Assembly: GCA_040386535.1 (NCBI GenBank)
Contig: JAZKFH010000023.1
Location: 79,873-143,872 of the forward strand
DNA length: 64,000 nucleotides
Reading direction: 5' to 3'
Source: Myxococcota bacterium
GTDB lineage: Bacteria; Myxococcota_A; UBA796; SXON01
The position numbers and the translations under genes are program-made. This document shows positions 1 to 7,942 of the stretch, piece after piece (positions within the stretch are counted from its first letter, which is position 1; each line of letters begins with the position of its first letter). Under the pieces are notes generated by a model. That model saw only the letters and a list, made by a program, of their open reading frames with translations. It did no database searches and was not told the DNA's origin.

Positions 1-870
1 TCGGACCTCGGTGGGCCGACCGCCAACATGTTCCACATGAAGTGTATGTCGGAGGCGGCGAACAAGGTGTGCCGCCGCGTGAGCTGCCTTCACCCGGTTC
101 GTTGCAAACATTACGGCACGGACCACAAGCCCTACATCGACTTGTTGCGGAAGGTGCGGACGCTCCCGGGCATCAAGCGTGTGTTCGTGAACAGCGGGAT
201 TCGTTACGATCTCGCGGGCTTGGACCAGAAGTTCGTCGAGGAGCTCGCTACGCATCACGTGTCCGGCTCGCTCACCACGGCGCCCGAGCACGTGAGCAAG
301 CGGACGTTGCACTTCATGCGCAAGCCCGACGTGACCCACTTCTCGGAGTTCCTCGACCGGTTTCAGAAGGCGAGCGCGGACGCGGGCAAGAAGCAGCTGA
401 TCGTGCCGTACTTCCAGTGTGCGCACCCGGGCACGGGGCCGGAGGAGGCCATCGAGCTCGCGGTCTACATGAAGAAGAACCGGCTCCAATGCCGGCAGGT
501 GCAGATGTTCATGCCGACGCCCGGCACGATCTCCACCGCCATGTACGTGAGCGGGTTTGATCCCTACACCAAGCAGGCCGTCGCCGTGGCACGCGGCCAC
601 AAGGAGCGCTCGCGCCAGCGCTCCATGCTCTTCTGGTGGAAGCGCGAGGAGTGGCCGGCGATCCGCGAGGCGCTGCACGCCTGGGGGCACACCGAGCTCA
701 TCGGCAACACGCCGGATTGCCTCGTCCCTCCCGGCCCCGCGCGCGGCGGCTGGATCACCACTGTGCGCCGCGTGGAGCCCACCGTGGGAGGCATGGGCAT
801 GAAGGTCGAGCGGGCGTCCGCCGAAGAGCTGGCGGAAGAGCGGTGGGAAGGGATCAACGCCAACCCGTAG
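1..870 (+). CDS. ygiQ: YgiQ-family radical SAM protein, C-terminal part (5' truncated by window edge)
   Basis: Frame 1 is open from base 1 and reads SDLGGPTANM. It also contains C-RR-SCLHP-C, SGIRYDL, APEH, PYF..HPG and QVQ.F.PTPGT, all typical of YgiQ/UPF0313. Confidence 0.88.
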   Translation, partial: SDLGGPTANMFHMKCMSEAANKVCRRVSCLHPVRCKHYGTDHKPYIDLLRKVRTLPGIKRVFVNSGIRYDLAGLDQKFVEELATHHVSGSLTTAPEHVSKRTLHFMRKPDVTHFSEFLDRFQKASADAGKKQLIVPYFQCAHPGTGPEEAIELAVYMKKNRLQCRQVQMFMPTPGTISTAMYVSGFDPYTKQAVAVARGHKERSRQRSMLFWWKREEWPAIREALHAWGHTELIGNTPDCLVPPGPARGGWITTVRRVEPTVGGMGMKVERASAEELAEERWEGINANP

Positions 871-882
871 GGCCTCCTCGGG

Positions 883-1473
883 TCAGCGCTTGAGCCGCTC
901 CTCGAGCCGTGCCAGCTGGGCTCGTAGCTCGTCGAGCTCCTCACCTCCGTGCGCGTCGAATGCCGAGGAGGCAGGGTAGGCGGCGGCGGCCGGGCTCGGG
1001 GCCGTCACTGCACCGGCGCCGCCCCACGCACCGTAGGGCGCGGCCGGGGGCTCGGCCACGTAGTAGGCGTCGCTCGCGGAGCCGTTCTGGAGGCCGCCCG
1101 GCGCCCCGCTCGACGACGCCCCGCGAAGGGGCTCGTAGAGCCGATCCAGGTAGGCCTCTGACTGATCCAGCTGTGTTTCGAGCAGGTCGAGCCCGATCAC
1201 CAGCTGCTCGCGCAACATGCGCGGCGCGGCCTCGGTACCGCCGGCGCGGATGACGCGGCGCAGCAGGGGCACGGGGAACAGGTCGGCGCTGGTGCCGGTT
1301 TCCAGCACGATCTGGAGCAGGACCTCCCGCGTCAAGTCCCGGCCGGTCTTCACGTCCACCACCGAGATGTCGATGTTGTCGGCGACCATCCGCGCGATGT
1401 CATCGAGGTTGACGTACTTGGATGCCTCGGTGTCGTACAGGCGCCGGTTCTCGTACTTCTTGATGGCGGGCAT
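883..1473 (-). CDS. phaR: Polyhydroxyalkanoate synthesis regulator PhaR (N-terminal DNA-binding domain)
   Basis: MPAIKKYENRRLYDTEASKYVNLDDI...DLTREVLLQI is the PhaR N-terminal signature. Alternative ATG at 1500. Divergent from phaE/phaC. Confidence 0.88.
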   Translation of the reverse strand: MPAIKKYENRRLYDTEASKYVNLDDIARMVADNIDISVVDVKTGRDLTREVLLQIVLETGTSADLFPVPLLRRVIRAGGTEAAPRMLREQLVIGLDLLETQLDQSEAYLDRLYEPLRGASSSGAPGGLQNGSASDAYYVAEPPAAPYGAWGGAGAVTAPSPAAAAYPASSAFDAHGGEELDELRAQLARLEERLKR

Positions 1474-1510
1474 CCGCTCGTCTATCTCGCGGTGCGTCAT
1501 TTTGCTGTGC

Positions 1511-1557
1511 TGCGGTGCAAGACAATCCTTGACGCGCTGCGGCGCGAGCGCTACGGT
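1511..1557 (+). promoter_or_regulatory. sigma70-type promoter of the pha operon with putative PhaR boxes
   Basis: TTGACG (1529-1534), N17, TACGGT (1552-1557). TGCGGTGCA (1511-1519) and TGCGGCGCG (1538-1546, inside the spacer) resemble TGC-N3-GCA PhaR operators. Confidence 0.6.
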
Positions 1558-1594
1558 TCGGGGGCCGGTGATCGCGCCGGCGCTTGGGGTATTC

Positions 1595-1867
1595 GTGTCG
1601 TCCTCCCTCCATTCGTCCGCTCCGAAGCTGTCTGCTTCCAGCCTCGCCCGGGCCGTCCTCGGTCGCTCGGCCGCGCACATCCTCGGGGTCCACCGCCGGG
1701 TGACCGCGTGGCAGCTGGCGTACGCGCGGCTCACCGAGGGCCAGGTCGCACGCTGGTTCGAGCTCCATCGGGTCGGGCTCGAGGCGAGCCTGCGCTTCAC
1801 AGAGGCCGCGGCGGAAGCGGTCGCGCCGCGCGAGTCCTCGGCGGTCTCCACGAGCACGGCCGGATAG
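1595..1867 (+). CDS. Small helical hypothetical protein, possible phasin-like granule protein
   Basis: GTG-started 90-aa segment of ORF 1217..1867. It is Ala-rich and amphipathic and lies between the promoter and phaE. Start uncertain. Confidence 0.4.
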   Translation: MSSSLHSSAPKLSASSLARAVLGRSAAHILGVHRRVTAWQLAYARLTEGQVARWFELHRVGLEASLRFTEAAAEAVAPRESSAVSTSTAG

Positions 1868-1919
1868 CCGCGCGTTCGTCCAGCTTCTCTCGTCTCTCCT
1901 CTTCGCCCCCGGACTCCTC

Positions 1920-2447
1920 TTGGCGACCCCCCGCGGCAAACCCCCTGGCCCCCCACGCTTCGGCGACCAGCTTTACCAAGGCTGGGAGAAGGCGATGGGC
2001 GCGTGGTGGGACCAGGTGCTGCAATCGCCGGCGTTCCTGGGCGCGATGAGCGAGAACCTCGCCGCGCGGACCCAGGCCCGCGCAACCTACGAGCGCACGA
2101 TGGAAGGCGCCATGGATCGGATGCATCTCCCCACGCGCAAGGACATCGGGCGTGTCGCGCGGGTGGCCACCCTGCTGGAGGAGCGCCTCCTCGCACAGGA
2201 GGATCTGCTCCTCTCGCTCAAGGACCAACTCGCCGCGGCGCAGCGGGAGTCGGTACAGGCGCGGATCGACGCCGCTCAGGCGCGTTTGGAGCTCAAGGAG
2301 CAGCTCGGGCAGCTTCGCGAAGAGATCGCCTCCTTGCGGGCGGCGGCGCCGGCCGCGGTCGCGCCCGCGGCGAGCTCGCTCGAGGGCCCGGCGCCCTCGG
2401 CGCCCGCGGCGCCCCGGAAGTCGCGCGCACGTCGGGGCCCCCCATGA
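1920..2447 (+). CDS. phaE: PhaE-like class III PHA synthase subunit
   Basis: WEKAMGAWWDQVLQSPAF...MHLPTRKDI..V...L..LEERL coiled-coil pattern. Stop overlaps the phaC start (ATGA). Confidence 0.72.
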   Translation: MATPRGKPPGPPRFGDQLYQGWEKAMGAWWDQVLQSPAFLGAMSENLAARTQARATYERTMEGAMDRMHLPTRKDIGRVARVATLLEERLLAQEDLLLSLKDQLAAAQRESVQARIDAAQARLELKEQLGQLREEIASLRAAAPAAVAPAASSLEGPAPSAPAAPRKSRARRGPP

Positions 2448-3508
2448 TGTTCCCCGATCCCTTGCAGGCCTTCTTCGCGGGCATTCCGGGCCTGGATCAG
2501 GCGGCCCGTGTGCGCCGCGGCATGCATATCCTCGCCACCACGCCGCGGCCTCCCGTCGGGGGCACGCCGCACACGGTGATCCACGCACAGGACAAGCTCG
2601 CGGTCCGCTACTACCCGCCCCGCGGCCAGGCCCGCGCCACGCCGGTGGTCCTCGTGCCATCGCTGATCAACCGGGCGTGGATCCTCGATCTCGAGCCCGG
2701 GCGCTCGCTGGTCGAGGCACTCTCGGCGATGGGGCACCCCACGTACCTCGTCGATTGGGGCGAGCCGGGTCCGGAGGATGCCGAAGAGGACGTTGGGTAC
2801 GTCCTCCTCGAACTGTTGCATCGCAGCATCGACCGCGTGTGCCGCCACGCGCGGTCAGCAGACACGTTCCTGCTCGGCTACTGCCTCGGTGGCACGCTCG
2901 CGGCAATGTACACGGCGCTCCGGCCCGCGCGCGTGGCCGGGCTCGTGGCGCTCGCCGCGCCGGTGTCGTTCTCGAACGGCGGGCGCTTCCGCGAGTTCGT
3001 GGCGCCGGGCGTGTTCGACGTGGATCGGGCGGTCGCGGCGGACGGGCTGGTGCCGGTGGACGTGATGAAGCCCGCGTTCCAGATGCTCGACCCGATGGGC
3101 CACTTCACGAAGTTTCTCGCCGTCGAGGCCGCCTCCTCCGATCCGAGGCAGCTCACCCGGGTGCTGGCGCGCGAGCGGTGGGTCGAGGAGAACGTCCCCA
3201 TGTCGGGCGCGTTCGCCCGGGAGTTCATCCGCAAGGCGTACCAGGAGGATGCCCTCCTGTCGGGAACGTGGAACATCCGCGGCGAACGTGTCGTGCTCGG
3301 CGCGATCCACGCGCCCGTACACGTGGTGGCGTGCCGCCGCGACTTCATCACCCCCGTGGCGGCCGCCCTCCCGCTCGCCGCGGCCACCGGCGGCCCGACC
3401 ACCACCACCGTGCTCAACACCGGTCACATCGGCGTGGTCGTGGGTAGCGAGGGGCCGCGTACCTTCTACCCGCTGCTCGACAGCTGGTTCCGCGAGGTCC
3501 GCGCATGA
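2444..3508 (+). CDS. phaC: Class III-type PHA synthase PhaC
   Basis: PVVLVPSLINRAWILDL, YLVDWG, lipase box GYCLGG (catalytic Cys), RRDFIT (Asp), TGHIG (His). About 354 aa. Confidence 0.85.
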   Translation: MMFPDPLQAFFAGIPGLDQAARVRRGMHILATTPRPPVGGTPHTVIHAQDKLAVRYYPPRGQARATPVVLVPSLINRAWILDLEPGRSLVEALSAMGHPTYLVDWGEPGPEDAEEDVGYVLLELLHRSIDRVCRHARSADTFLLGYCLGGTLAAMYTALRPARVAGLVALAAPVSFSNGGRFREFVAPGVFDVDRAVAADGLVPVDVMKPAFQMLDPMGHFTKFLAVEAASSDPRQLTRVLARERWVEENVPMSGAFAREFIRKAYQEDALLSGTWNIRGERVVLGAIHAPVHVVACRRDFITPVAAALPLAAATGGPTTTTVLNTGHIGVVVGSEGPRTFYPLLDSWFREVRA

Positions 3509-4953
3509 GGGCCACGAGCAATTGGCTGGCGTTCCACACCCGGTTCCGCCCCGACGCCGAGGCCCTGTTCGACGTGTCGACCGGGCGTCGGTGGTCCTAC
3601 GCGCAGCTCGGCGCCTGGTCGGCGCGATGGGCTGGCCGGCTCCAGGCCGAGGGGGTGGTCCCGGGGGACCGCGTGGTCGTCGTCGCCGGAAACCGCGCGG
3701 AGACCCTCGCGCTGCTCTTCGCGTGCGCGGAGCTGGGCGCCATCCTGGCCCCGTTGAACTGGCGCCTCGCCGTGCCCGAGCTGCGGTGGCAGATCGAGCA
3801 CTGCGCACCCCGGGTGGTCTTCGCCGACGCCGTTCAGCGCGCGCGCATCGGCGGCCTCCCGCTCGAGGACGAGCCCGGCGCCGATCCGATCGAGGGCCCC
3901 GGCGCGCCGCTCGAGGCGCCGTGGGTGCTCCTCTACACGTCGGGCTCCACCGGGCGGCCCAAGGGCGCGCTGCTGACGCACGGCCAGCTTCACTGGAACA
4001 GCGTCAACACGTGGCTGGCGTGTGATCTGCAGCCGGCGGACGCGACGCTCACGTTCACCCCGCTCTTCCACACGGGCGGGCTCAATTGCCTCACGACCCC
4101 CCTGCTGCACCGCGGCGGCCGGGTGGTGCTCACGACCGGGTTCGAGCCCGCGGAGACGCTCCGCCTCATCGCCGAGGAGCGGGTGACCATCCTGATGGGC
4201 GTCCCGACGATCTTCCAGATGATGGCCGACCATCCGGCGTTCGAGGGTGCGGACCTCTCGTTGGTCCGGGACGCCCTCGTCGGCGGCGCCGCCCTGCCGA
4301 TGCCGCTGCTCGAGCGCTATCGGGAGCGCCGCATCCCGCTCCGGCAGGGCTTCGGGCTCACCGAGGTGGGGCCCAACTGCTTCTCGTTGCCACCCGCCGA
4401 GATCGACCGGAAGGCCGGGACCGTGGGTCTCGCCATCCCCCACGTCGCGGCCAAGGTCGTGCGGCCCGACGGGTCGGAGTGCGGGGTGGACGAGCCGGGC
4501 GAGCTCCTCCTGGCCGGGCCCGCCGTGTTCGGAGGCTACTGGAACGATGCGGACGCCACGGCCAGGGCGGTCGTGAACGGCTGGTTCCACACCGGCGACA
4601 TGCTCTCGCGTGACGACGAAGGCTACTTCCGCGTGCGCGGCCGCATCAAGGAGATGTACATCTCCGGCGGCGAGAACGTGTACCCGCCCGAGGTCGAGGC
4701 CGTCCTTCACGCCCTCCCTGGCGTCGCCGCCGCCGCCGTCATCGGCGTCCCGGACGAGCGCTGGGGCGAGGTGGGGGCCGCGTTCATCGAGCTCATCCCC
4801 GGCCACACCCTCACCGAGTCGGACATCCGCGCCTGGGTCGCGCCCCGCCTCGCTCGTTTCAAGCAGCCCCGGTATGTGCGCGTGCTCCCGACGCTGCCGC
4901 GCACCGCCTCCGGAAAGATCGACCGCGTCAACCTCTCCAAGGAGCCTCGATGA
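3505..4953 (+). CDS. Acyl-CoA synthetase (AMP-binding, FadD/MenE-like)
   Basis: YTSGSTGRPKG, QGFGLTE, WFHTGD, ISGGENVYP and SGKI motifs. ATGA-coupled to phaC. Confidence 0.92.
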   Translation: MRATSNWLAFHTRFRPDAEALFDVSTGRRWSYAQLGAWSARWAGRLQAEGVVPGDRVVVVAGNRAETLALLFACAELGAILAPLNWRLAVPELRWQIEHCAPRVVFADAVQRARIGGLPLEDEPGADPIEGPGAPLEAPWVLLYTSGSTGRPKGALLTHGQLHWNSVNTWLACDLQPADATLTFTPLFHTGGLNCLTTPLLHRGGRVVLTTGFEPAETLRLIAEERVTILMGVPTIFQMMADHPAFEGADLSLVRDALVGGAALPMPLLERYRERRIPLRQGFGLTEVGPNCFSLPPAEIDRKAGTVGLAIPHVAAKVVRPDGSECGVDEPGELLLAGPAVFGGYWNDADATARAVVNGWFHTGDMLSRDDEGYFRVRGRIKEMYISGGENVYPPEVEAVLHALPGVAAAAVIGVPDERWGEVGAAFIELIPGHTLTESDIRAWVAPRLARFKQPRYVRVLPTLPRTASGKIDRVNLSKEPR

Positions 4954-5480
4954 TCCTCGCCCTCGCCCTGTTTGCCTGCACCCCCGACGACGTTACCGAC
5001 GAGCAGAAGGACACCGCCGAGTCCGACACCGACACCGACACGGACACGGACACGGACACCGATACCGACGCCGCCACGGCCGGTGACATCAACGACGCCT
5101 GGCTCTCCGAAGGCGCTGACATCAGCGCCCTCTTCCAGGCGGCGCCGTTCTCGTTCGTCAGCGTCGCGGCGACCTTCAACGCCGACCTCAGCTACACCGT
5201 CGTCGCGATGGACGGGGAGGGCGCCGCCACCAACTTCGCCGGCACGTTCGTGGTGGACGCGGGCACCCGCCCCGGCACCATCACCCTGACGCAGAGCACC
5301 CCCTACGCGGCCACCTCCGTCGGCATCTACCAGGTCGACGCCGACACGTTGACCTACGAGGCCGTGCAGACCGTGCCCGACTACGGGTTCACGCCCCCCA
5401 CCCCCGAGACCGGCTTCGGCACCACCGCCGGGACGGGCATCGTGGCGGGGTCGAACCTCCAGATCTACCAGAGGCAGTAG
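4950..5480 (+). CDS. Lipoprotein with Asp-Thr repeat and beta-rich domain
   Basis: MILALALFAC lipobox, (DT)n tract, ATGA-coupled to the upstream gene. Confidence 0.8.
   Translation: MILALALFACTPDDVTDEQKDTAESDTDTDTDTDTDTDTDAATAGDINDAWLSEGADISALFQAAPFSFVSVAATFNADLSYTVVAMDGEGAATNFAGTFVVDAGTRPGTITLTQSTPYAATSVGIYQVDADTLTYEAVQTVPDYGFTPPTPETGFGTTAGTGIVAGSNLQIYQRQ
5025..5069 (+). repeat. GACACN hexamer tract encoding (Asp-Thr)n
   Basis: gacaccgacaccgacacggacacggacacggacaccgataccgac. Confidence 0.85.
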
Positions 5481-6983
5481 ATGCTGCTGTTCGTCGCCGC
5501 CGTGCTCGCACCGCCCGCCTTCGCACAGGAGGGCGGCGCGCCCCCCGAGGCGCGTCGGGAAGAGGTGCGTCCCGCCTCCGACCCGCCGGGGAGCGGGCTC
5601 CGCTTCCTCGGCATCGTCGCGTTGCGCACGGCGGCGTCGAACATCTCCACCACCAACCCGTTCCTCAACGGGCAGCTGGTGGGGGAGCTCGGCGGCACGA
5701 ACACCACCACTACCACCGACAAGCTGGGCCACGCCTCCGAGCAGCGGGTCGGGGCCTTCTTCTCGTACGCGCCGCCCCTCTGGGACGGGCGGCTCCAGCT
5801 CGACGCCGCCTTCGAGGTCGACTTCGCCTTCGGCGACCAGGCGTACGGGATCGGCGGCAACACCGGCGGCGGGTTCGGCGCCGACCAGGTCAACCTCCAG
5901 ACCCGTCGCATGGGCGCCCGCGCACGGTTGGGGGAGGACACCTGGATCGTCGCCGGCCTCCAATTCGTGGGGGACGGCTCCGCGGATCCCACTCGGGGCA
6001 AGCCGGACGACCTGTTCCGCAGCGGTGGCCGCTTGATGTTCTTCGGATCCGAGGCCGCGGGCATCTCAGCCTACGGCACCATCGGGGAGCCCCTCCGCTA
6101 CAAGCTCGGCGCCTACACGCTCGTCGAGCTCGGGCTCGCCTCCCCGGACGACGTGACGCTCTACATGGCGGACGCCGCGTGGAGCCCCGCGTACGCGCAC
6201 CGCCTGGGCGTGCACGCCTGGTACCTCCGCGACAAGGCGGCCGGCCTCGGCAGCTCCTTCGGCACGGGCCCGACGAGCCCGCTCTCCGAGCTCCAGGGCG
6301 GGCCGCGCCTCGATTTTCGGCCCACGGGAGAGGGCGCCGCGCCCGTCGTGAACACGGATCTGCTCTGGGTGGGCGTCGACCACGGGTGGAACGCCGGGCT
6401 GGACCGCGGGCGCGTGGGGCTGACGGCGCTCGCCGTCGCGAACCTCGGTCGCCTCTACGTCGAGGAGCTACCCGATCGGAACGTGCGCGGCTTCCTTGCC
6501 GACGTCGAGCTCCGCGCCCGGATCGCCCCAGGGGAGGGGAGCATCGCGCGCGTCGAGCTCCTCGCCTCCAGCGGGGACGATCCCGCCACCGACACCTACG
6601 AGGGCATCGTGACCGGTAATGCGTACGCCGCCGTGGGCGCTGTCCACGGCACGCACGGGTGCCTGCTCCTGTTCCCCGACGTGACCGCCATCAACCGTCA
6701 GGTCGCGCGGGTGTACGACGTGTCGGGTGCCGGGGCGGGGGTCGCCGCGGTGACCGGCGGCGTGGCCTTCGACGCCATCCCCAATCGCCTAACGGTGGGC
6801 GTCGGGGCCGGGCACGCGCGGACCGCCAGCTTCGAGCCCCTCGGCACCGAGCTGAACGCGCGGATCTCGGGCAAGCCCTGGGTCCTGACCGATCTCGGCC
6901 TGAAGGGCGCGGTGCTCCTGGACACCGACCTCCCGGTCACCCCCTGGATCGCGCTCGTCTCCTTCGACTGGCTGGTGATTTGA
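5481..6983 (+). CDS. Exported protein, probable outer-membrane beta-barrel
   Basis: Signal peptide (AFA-Q), many alternating amphipathic strands (LQLDAAFEVDF, LRYKLGAY, RLGVHAWY), aromatic-rich C-terminal strand. Confidence 0.65.
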   Translation: MLLFVAAVLAPPAFAQEGGAPPEARREEVRPASDPPGSGLRFLGIVALRTAASNISTTNPFLNGQLVGELGGTNTTTTTDKLGHASEQRVGAFFSYAPPLWDGRLQLDAAFEVDFAFGDQAYGIGGNTGGGFGADQVNLQTRRMGARARLGEDTWIVAGLQFVGDGSADPTRGKPDDLFRSGGRLMFFGSEAAGISAYGTIGEPLRYKLGAYTLVELGLASPDDVTLYMADAAWSPAYAHRLGVHAWYLRDKAAGLGSSFGTGPTSPLSELQGGPRLDFRPTGEGAAPVVNTDLLWVGVDHGWNAGLDRGRVGLTALAVANLGRLYVEELPDRNVRGFLADVELRARIAPGEGSIARVELLASSGDDPATDTYEGIVTGNAYAAVGAVHGTHGCLLLFPDVTAINRQVARVYDVSGAGAGVAAVTGGVAFDAIPNRLTVGVGAGHARTASFEPLGTELNARISGKPWVLTDLGLKGAVLLDTDLPVTPWIALVSFDWLVI

Positions 6984-7942
6984 TGCTCCGTGCGCTCTTC
7001 CTCGGGTCCCTCGCCGCCTCTTCGCTCGCCGCCGCCTCGCTGGCGGGCTGCGCGCCCCGCTACACGGCTAAGGGCCCGATGGAGCCGGAAGACCTCTGGT
7101 CGCCGCTCCCGCGCCAGCACGTCCAGGTCATGGGGATGGACATCGCCTACGTCGACAGCGGCGGCTCCGGCCCGCCGCTGGTGTTCGTGCACGGCCTCTC
7201 GTCGTCCCTGGCGTTCTGGGAGTACCAGATCCCCGCCTTCGCGCACACGCACCGCGTCCTCGCGCTGGATCTGCCCGGCTACGGCTCGTCCGAGCGGCCC
7301 GATGCCCCGTGCACGCCCCCCTGGTACGCCACGGTGGTGGCCGCGTGGCTCGACACGGTGGGGGTCGATCGCGCCACCATCGTCGGGCACTCGATGGGCG
7401 GGCAGATCGCGATCCAGCTGGCGATCACGGCGCCCGAGCGCGTGGAGCGGCTGGTCCTCTCGGCGCCGGCCGGGCTCGAGCCCTTCCAGCCCGGGGCCGC
7501 GCGGTTCATGAAGGACTTCTGGACCGAGCGTCGCGCGCTCGGTACGACAGAGGAGCAGGTGCGCGCCAACTTCACGACGCAGGTGTTCAACCGTCGGGAC
7601 GCGGGTGTGGAGCGCATGATTGAGGAGCGCGTGCGCCTCGGCCTCTCACCGCGGTTCGCGGGCACCAGCGTCGCCGTGTCCCGCTCGATCGCGGGCATGC
7701 TGGACCACCCCGTGCGTGACCGCCTGGGGCAGATCAAGGCGCCCACGCTCGTGGTGTTCGGCACCGCCGACCGCATGATCCCCAACCCAGTGTTCAACGG
7801 CGGCACGACCCGTTCGGTCGCCCGCATCGCGGAAGAGCGCATCCCCGGCGCTCGCGTCGTCCTGCTCCCCGGCGCAGGCCATACTGTCCACCACGATGCA
7901 CCCGAGGCTTTCAACGCCGCGCTGCAGGAGTTCCTCCGATGA
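6983..7942 (+). CDS. Lipoprotein alpha/beta hydrolase (esterase)
   Basis: LAGC lipobox, FVHGL, DLPGYG, GHSMGG, GTADRMIP, AGHTVH. Start overlaps the upstream stop (TGATG). Confidence 0.88.
   Translation: MLRALFLGSLAASSLAAASLAGCAPRYTAKGPMEPEDLWSPLPRQHVQVMGMDIAYVDSGGSGPPLVFVHGLSSSLAFWEYQIPAFAHTHRVLALDLPGYGSSERPDAPCTPPWYATVVAAWLDTVGVDRATIVGHSMGGQIAIQLAITAPERVERLVLSAPAGLEPFQPGAARFMKDFWTERRALGTTEEQVRANFTTQVFNRRDAGVERMIEERVRLGLSPRFAGTSVAVSRSIAGMLDHPVRDRLGQIKAPTLVVFGTADRMIPNPVFNGGTTRSVARIAEERIPGARVVLLPGAGHTVHHDAPEAFNAALQEFLR

Noticed and set aside
1..870. Radical SAM gene as the UdgX partner or part of the pha system
   Set aside because: It is YgiQ family, convergent with phaR and 51 kb from udgX.
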